Shown here piece by piece: positions 16,662 through 21,336 of a stretch of 21,336 nucleotides of DNA (its first letter is position 1; each line of letters begins with the position of its first letter). The notes under the pieces are model-generated. The model ran no database searches, was not told the DNA's origin, and was given only the letters and a program-made list of their open reading frames with translations. The DNA is from a virus: IMG/VR virus record IMGVR_UViG_3300021185_002806; one strand, written 5' to 3'. The position numbers were made by a program, and so were the translations under genes.

Positions 16662-17648
16662 ATGAAGACTAACGAATTTAATAATGAGTATTCAACTTTC
16701 AGTAAGTTGTTTGATGATGGAAGACATGATATGGATAAAACATATTATACTCCGTATACCATTGACCCTAAATTTGGTGAACAAAAAGAAGTATGGCCTA
16801 ATGCTTGGCCTACAAGAACAGACTTAACAAATTTTGAAGATTTCGAAGAAGAAATAATTCCTATATTCGGTGATAGTTTTATGTTTGGCGATGGGTTACC
16901 AGAGAAATGGTGCTTGAGTGCGTTATTGAATAAAAAAGATAAAAATAAGTTTTGGATAAATTTAGCAAAACCTGGTTCTGGAAACGAAACAATAATGCGA
17001 AGATTAGAACAATGGACAAATGAACCAAAGTCTAAACAGACAAAAACTATTGTGTATAGTATGTCCTCGATGATGAGACATGCATGGTATATGAACATTT
17101 TGTCACCTGGTATAGACAAACCAACTAAGCCAATATACAATGAGCTACTAAGAGCTTGGGATACAAATGCAAATATTAATCCAAATTTAGGAATAAGAAA
17201 AATGCCGATAGTTGATCCAGAAATTCTATGGGAACTACCAGAAGCATCGCAAGAGTTTCATACAAATTTTAACAAACGTAGTGCAAAAGCCCAAAAAGCA
17301 TTAGACGAATCTTGGGCGGCGCATATGCTACATATTAATACTAATGCAAATTCTTTTATTAAAAATGTTGAGATAATATTAAGACGATTGCATTGGTTAA
17401 CTCTTGCAAACAAATGGAATATTATATTTGTTAATATAGGATTTTGGGAACAGTATAATATTTTACCAGATGCAATGGAATTGGCAAATAAATACATAAA
17501 TGATATGAATACTTTAGACAGAAAAGTAGAAATTATCAATACACCACTTGATTATAGTAGGCTAAGTTGTGGGCATTTTGATGAAATTGCGAATAAAGAT
17601 TTAGCTAAAAACATACATCAAGCGTATAGGAAAATAAACAATGGCTAA
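16662..17648 (+). CDS. SGNH/GDSL-like hydrolase
   Basis: Block I FGDSFMFG, block II NLAKPGSGN, C-terminal GH followed by an amphipathic helix. Confidence 0.6.
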   Translation: MKTNEFNNEYSTFSKLFDDGRHDMDKTYYTPYTIDPKFGEQKEVWPNAWPTRTDLTNFEDFEEEIIPIFGDSFMFGDGLPEKWCLSALLNKKDKNKFWINLAKPGSGNETIMRRLEQWTNEPKSKQTKTIVYSMSSMMRHAWYMNILSPGIDKPTKPIYNELLRAWDTNANINPNLGIRKMPIVDPEILWELPEASQEFHTNFNKRSAKAQKALDESWAAHMLHINTNANSFIKNVEIILRRLHWLTLANKWNIIFVNIGFWEQYNILPDAMELANKYINDMNTLDRKVEIINTPLDYSRLSCGHFDEIANKDLAKNIHQAYRKINNG

Positions 17649-19497
17649 TCAATCTACTATAGGAAACAGTCTTGCAAAATCTCTTTTGAGCAATCGAAAG
17701 TCGCAAGAAAATCCTATTTTACAGAATATTAAAAGTGGCATATATAAAGCCATAACTGTTGGAGGAAAACCAGATCCAGAAGGACGAGGACGTATAGCGG
17801 CTTATGTTCCTAAATTGGGCGGAGATCCAGATGAGCCAATGTATTTTATGTATGCAAGTTCTTTCGGAGGCTCAAACTCTCAAGGTTCATATGGTATGTT
17901 CTCTGTCCCACCAGATGGCGGAGTTACTATATTAGTTTTCTTTGCAGATAACGGAAATCTAAACGAAGGTTATTGGTTCGCAGTTGCACAAGAAGTTCCC
18001 GGCACTGTACCAGGTGGTGCGGCAGGTACTGCCAATCCTGACGGCAGTGGAATGGGTGAAGGAATTGCCAAAGATGTTAAAGTTGCAAAGTCTACACCTA
18101 ACACATTAGCAGAATTACAAAATACAGATGAAGCAGACCAAGGAAATTCTAACAGAAATGTAAACTCAGCAAGTCAAGGTATATTTTCTGATAATAAACG
18201 AGGACAATCTACTGCAAGTCCATTACGTGATGCAAACTATGAAACAACGCAACACTCAAAAGTTTATGGCTGGACTACACCAGGTGGTAATGGAATTACA
18301 ATGGATGATGGGTCTGTCGGAGACGATGGCACAATACACCCTAATCAAATTAGAATTTCGACAGGTTCAGGCGCACAAGTTATTGTTGATGGCACAAATG
18401 ATTTTGTATATGCAATCAATAGTTCAGGTTCCGGTTGGGTTGAAATTGGAGCAGATGGTGAAGTGATGGTTTATGCTGAAGGATCATTGTCGATGCGTAC
18501 AGAAAAAGATTTCAATCTACGTGCAGATAAAAATATAAACCTTGAAGCTGGTGAAAATATTAATCTACATGCTATAAACAATTATAATATTAACGTAGAT
18601 AATCAAATGCATACTAAGACTATTGGTTCGCAGTTTTATGAAAGTGGTGGGTCACTACATCAGAAAGTTGAAACAAGTATGTATGTTTCTACAGTTAATG
18701 GCAAGCTACATCTTAATGGTCCTATGGCTTCTATCGCTTATGATATACCATTAGAAACACAACCAGATATTCAGAATTTAGAAAACACAGTAATTGAAAA
18801 AAGTATTATACCTAAATTCCCAACACATGAACCTTTCTTGCGTGGTACAGAAACAGTACAAAAAGCCGCAGATGGGTCTACGCCTGGCGAGAATAACAAC
18901 GAAACACAAAACGCTGGTAATGAAATAGCAAGTGATCCAAATAGTGCATCTGGACAAATGGATGCCGCAAATCAAGATTCAAATGAAACATCAAACGAAG
19001 ATGTTCCTGGGCTTCCTCCCGGAGAAGGCTTGGCATCTATACGTGCAAGTAATGGAGTAGGCTGTCAGGTTGCGGCAATATTCCAATCTAACTTCCAAGG
19101 ATTAATTGATGATTTAGAAGCAACCGGATACGTTATTAAAACATTGGGCGGTTACTGTAATAGAAATCAAAGAGGTGGTTCAAGACCTAGCTTCCATGCA
19201 ATGGGAGCCGCAATAGATATTAATGCATATGCACCAAACGGATATGCACGAACAAGACCAGCTGGTTGGAATCCAGGTGTGACTAGAGGCGCAGACCAAG
19301 GCTGTGACTTCCCACTTAACATCGGTGAGATAGCCGCAAGGCATGGTTTAGGTTGGGGCGGAAACTGGAGTGCTCCATGGGATCCAATGCATTTCTCAGC
19401 CGCAAGTGCAGAAAGAGGCGCATACCGATTAACTCGTTCATACAGTGTAGCAGATAGTTCTTCTGTTACAGGAACAACCGCAGTGAGGTTAGCGTAA
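17641..19497 (+). CDS. Baseplate central spike (gp5/VgrG-like) with C-terminal M15-family Zn peptidase
   Basis: OB-fold motifs DPEGRGRI and SYGMFSVPPD, beta-helix-like repeats, then SFHAMGAAIDIN...WGGNW...DPMHF. Confidence 0.8.
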   Translation: MANQSTIGNSLAKSLLSNRKSQENPILQNIKSGIYKAITVGGKPDPEGRGRIAAYVPKLGGDPDEPMYFMYASSFGGSNSQGSYGMFSVPPDGGVTILVFFADNGNLNEGYWFAVAQEVPGTVPGGAAGTANPDGSGMGEGIAKDVKVAKSTPNTLAELQNTDEADQGNSNRNVNSASQGIFSDNKRGQSTASPLRDANYETTQHSKVYGWTTPGGNGITMDDGSVGDDGTIHPNQIRISTGSGAQVIVDGTNDFVYAINSSGSGWVEIGADGEVMVYAEGSLSMRTEKDFNLRADKNINLEAGENINLHAINNYNINVDNQMHTKTIGSQFYESGGSLHQKVETSMYVSTVNGKLHLNGPMASIAYDIPLETQPDIQNLENTVIEKSIIPKFPTHEPFLRGTETVQKAADGSTPGENNNETQNAGNEIASDPNSASGQMDAANQDSNETSNEDVPGLPPGEGLASIRASNGVGCQVAAIFQSNFQGLIDDLEATGYVIKTLGGYCNRNQRGGSRPSFHAMGAAIDINAYAPNGYARTRPAGWNPGVTRGADQGCDFPLNIGEIAARHGLGWGGNWSAPWDPMHFSAASAERGAYRLTRSYSVADSSSVTGTTAVRLA

Positions 19498-20135
19498 TGT
19501 TATTTGATAAAAGAAAAGGGTCATTGCTAAATTATATTCAACTTCCGTTGAATGTTGTAACTCCTAATGGCACTTATTTAGGTACGGGCTACAAAGAAAC
19601 CGGTGAGCCTACTTATATATTATCACACGTTAGATTGACATGCTTTCCAATAACAGATTTAATATTCAGTGAAATGAGTAAGAATGCAATCATTGATACA
19701 AACAAACCTATGTTAGAGATAACAGATGATACTGTTGGGTTTGGTTATAAAATAACAAATACAGAAAAGCGTTATGGATATATAACCGTTGCCTCACAGA
19801 GAATAGACATAGGTACAGGCAAAATTACAAAACCAATGGCAAACTTTATATTAGAAAAGCAATTACGTAATATAGGAAATGTTTTAGAAAAGTTTGTTAA
19901 GAAAGAATTATCTCAACCACAATTTGATGCATTGTTATATTATTTCTTCAATGAAGGCGTTGATAAAATTGAAGGACATCCTATCATTGCATTGATTAAT
20001 AATGAAAAATGGTATAATATTACAGATGAAATTCAGACTAATATTAAAAAGAATAACGGCCAGATTAATGAAAAACTAGCCGCTATGAAAATTAAAACTT
20101 CTAAGATGTGGAGTTTTGTTCCTGGCTTTAGTTAG
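19497..20135 (+). CDS. Lysozyme (GH24)-like protein, probably catalytically degenerate
   Basis: TVGFGY and LSQPQFDALLYYFFNEG resemble GH24 motifs TIGYGH and QFDAL.SF.FN.G. Confidence 0.55.
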   Translation: MLFDKRKGSLLNYIQLPLNVVTPNGTYLGTGYKETGEPTYILSHVRLTCFPITDLIFSEMSKNAIIDTNKPMLEITDDTVGFGYKITNTEKRYGYITVASQRIDIGTGKITKPMANFILEKQLRNIGNVLEKFVKKELSQPQFDALLYYFFNEGVDKIEGHPIIALINNEKWYNITDEIQTNIKKNNGQINEKLAAMKIKTSKMWSFVPGFS

Positions 20136-20403
20136 GAACAATTTCTAAACGACCGTCTGGATAAACTGTAACGGTCATTTTATTATTAGCAACAGTTACA
20201 GGCTCATAAACCTTTGAAGTTTTAACTAAAGACGTACCATCTTTTGAACGAGTGTACCCTTTCTCCACAACAATAGGAGCAAGAGAAGAATCACCACTGC
20301 CTTTATAATAATTAAAGCCACTTTTGCATTTAAGTACAACACCGTCTTTGTGTTTATCACCTGCAAAATTTTCTACGACTTCCAACTTCATTTCATTTAA
20401 CAT
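20128..20403 (-). CDS. Hypothetical protein
   Basis: AGGAGG RBS; start overlaps the upstream stop codon. Confidence 0.7.
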   Translation of the reverse strand: MLNEMKLEVVENFAGDKHKDGVVLKCKSGFNYYKGSGDSSLAPIVVEKGYTRSKDGTSLVKTSKVYEPVTVANNKMTVTVYPDGRLEIVPN

Positions 20404-20750
20404 TATGCCACCTCCTTAAAACCAAAATTAGCAACTACTGATTGCTTGCCATCTTCATCTTCCACAATGTCACCAACACTAACACTGTACATACGAGACA
20501 AACGCTCAATGTCTTCTTCTGGGCCCATGTTCCCTACATGAAACACGCCCTCTAAACTATCAGCAGTGATGTTACTAACATGCGTGTAGTATCCACGATT
20601 GAATGCATCCCGGGCAACCATACCTGTGTCATTCTTTGAAAAATTCATATCTAATTTCAATGATTGCTTATGAACAGCATCATGTCCTTCTTCATTGATT
20701 AAATCAATTTCTGCATCTGTAAGATGAATTTGATATAACTTGTATTTCAT
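20403..20750 (-). CDS. YodL-like domain protein
   Basis: Y.LYQI N-terminus, LEGVF...N and SVSVGDIV motifs. Confidence 0.55.
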   Translation of the reverse strand: MKYKLYQIHLTDAEIDLINEEGHDAVHKQSLKLDMNFSKNDTGMVARDAFNRGYYTHVSNITADSLEGVFHVGNMGPEEDIERLSRMYSVSVGDIVEDEDGKQSVVANFGFKEVA

Positions 20751-20780
20751 ATTAGTAACCTCTCTGTTGATTATGTAATT

Positions 20781-20808
20781 AATATAACACGATTCGCTAG
20801 TTTGTCAA
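20781..20808 (-). promoter_or_regulatory. Early promoter
   Basis: TTGACA, 16-nt spacer containing TAGCGAATCGT, TATATT. Confidence 0.7.
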
Positions 20809-20811
20809 GTT

Positions 20812-21165
20812 TTAGTCTAAACGTGAACCACAAGAAGCATTAAACCCAGCAGAAGACATTACATCTGCATATGCCTGAGCACCTGCTTCTTTAACATCAA
20901 CATTTTGTACGTTAACTTTACCTGGATTCCAGATTTGCCACGCTTTGCCAGTCCAATCTTTTGAAAATCCCATAGATTCTAACACTCTACGTTCTTCTTT
21001 ACCTAGCTTAGTATTGCCCTTATTTTCAGGACGAACAGTAACCCATGCAAAACCACAGGGATAATTGTCCTTACCACCTAGTTTTGAATTGAAATAATCT
21101 AAAGAAGCCTGATTTGCTTTTGATTCTGCTAACACACTTAGTTCTTTTACTGTCATTGTAGTCAT
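20812..21165 (-). CDS. Hypothetical early protein
   Basis: GAGAGGG RBS, its own promoter, and a YPCGFAWV motif. Confidence 0.75.
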   Translation of the reverse strand: MTTMTVKELSVLAESKANQASLDYFNSKLGGKDNYPCGFAWVTVRPENKGNTKLGKEERRVLESMGFSKDWTGKAWQIWNPGKVNVQNVDVKEAGAQAYADVMSSAGFNASCGSRLD

Positions 21166-21197
21166 ATTTAAACCCTCTCTTTATTGAATATACTATT

Positions 21198-21225
21198 ATT
21201 ATACTACGATTCGCTAATCTGTCAA
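21198..21225 (-). promoter_or_regulatory. Early promoter
   Basis: TTGACA, 16-nt spacer containing TAGCGAATCGT, TATAAT. Confidence 0.75.
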
Positions 21226-21237
21226 GTTTTTAGCCAT

Positions 21238-21278
21238 AAAAAAACGGGTTAAATTGCATAATTACATTTTAACCCGTT
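21238..21278 (-). terminator. Rho-independent terminator
   Basis: Stem AACGGGTTAAA / TTTAACCCGTT followed by a U-tract on the minus strand. Confidence 0.65.
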
Positions 21279-21292
21279 AAGTATTAGACTAC

Positions 21293-21336
21293 TTACTGAT
21301 TTTCAGGTCTTTCATTGATAATTTTATCAATTAACC
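21293..21336 (-). CDS. 3' end of an upstream gene (partial)
   Basis: Reads ...LIDKIINERPENQ* and ends just before the terminator. Confidence 0.35.
   Translation of the reverse strand, partial: LIDKIINERPENQ

Noticed and set aside
13693-18975. Nested or antisense ORFs inside the hub, SGNH and gp5 genes (including the 210-aa ORF at 15642-16274)
   Set aside because: Explained by codon bias of the sense genes; no independent evidence of expression.
1-21336. CRISPR array, tRNA genes, transposase/integrase, alternative genetic code
   Set aside because: No regularly spaced repeats, cloverleafs or mobility genes were seen. Long genes translate intact in the standard code.

Overview
AT-rich segment of a large T4-like (myovirus) phage genome. 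In order it encodes: the 5' part of a portal gene, a probable tape-measure protein, a gp26/gp51-like baseplate hub or tail chaperone pair, and a ~650-nt non-coding, highly structured region. These are followed by a Holliday-junction resolvase, several small genes (including Hc1-like and SutA-like ones), the gp46/gp47 recombination nuclease with an SDR oxidoreductase inserted between the two, and a gp55-like late sigma factor. The window ends with a baseplate operon (tube-like protein, LysM/gp53, giant hub, SGNH protein, gp5 spike with an M15 peptidase, degenerate lysozyme) and early genes with sigma70-type promoters. The strongest non-obvious signals are four. (1) A canonical -1 frameshift cassette joins gp26 to a start-less gp51-like ORF. 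(2) A ~430-nt multi-domain structured RNA candidate with GNRA tetraloops and a possible pseudoknot follows it. (3) A ~110-nt small RNA with its own promoter and terminator has a C/U-rich loop complementary to several phage ribosome-binding sites. (4) A palindromic operator TAAACTWCGWAGTTTA occurs in both divergent promoter regions. All protein calls are from motif recognition by eye; no database searches were run.
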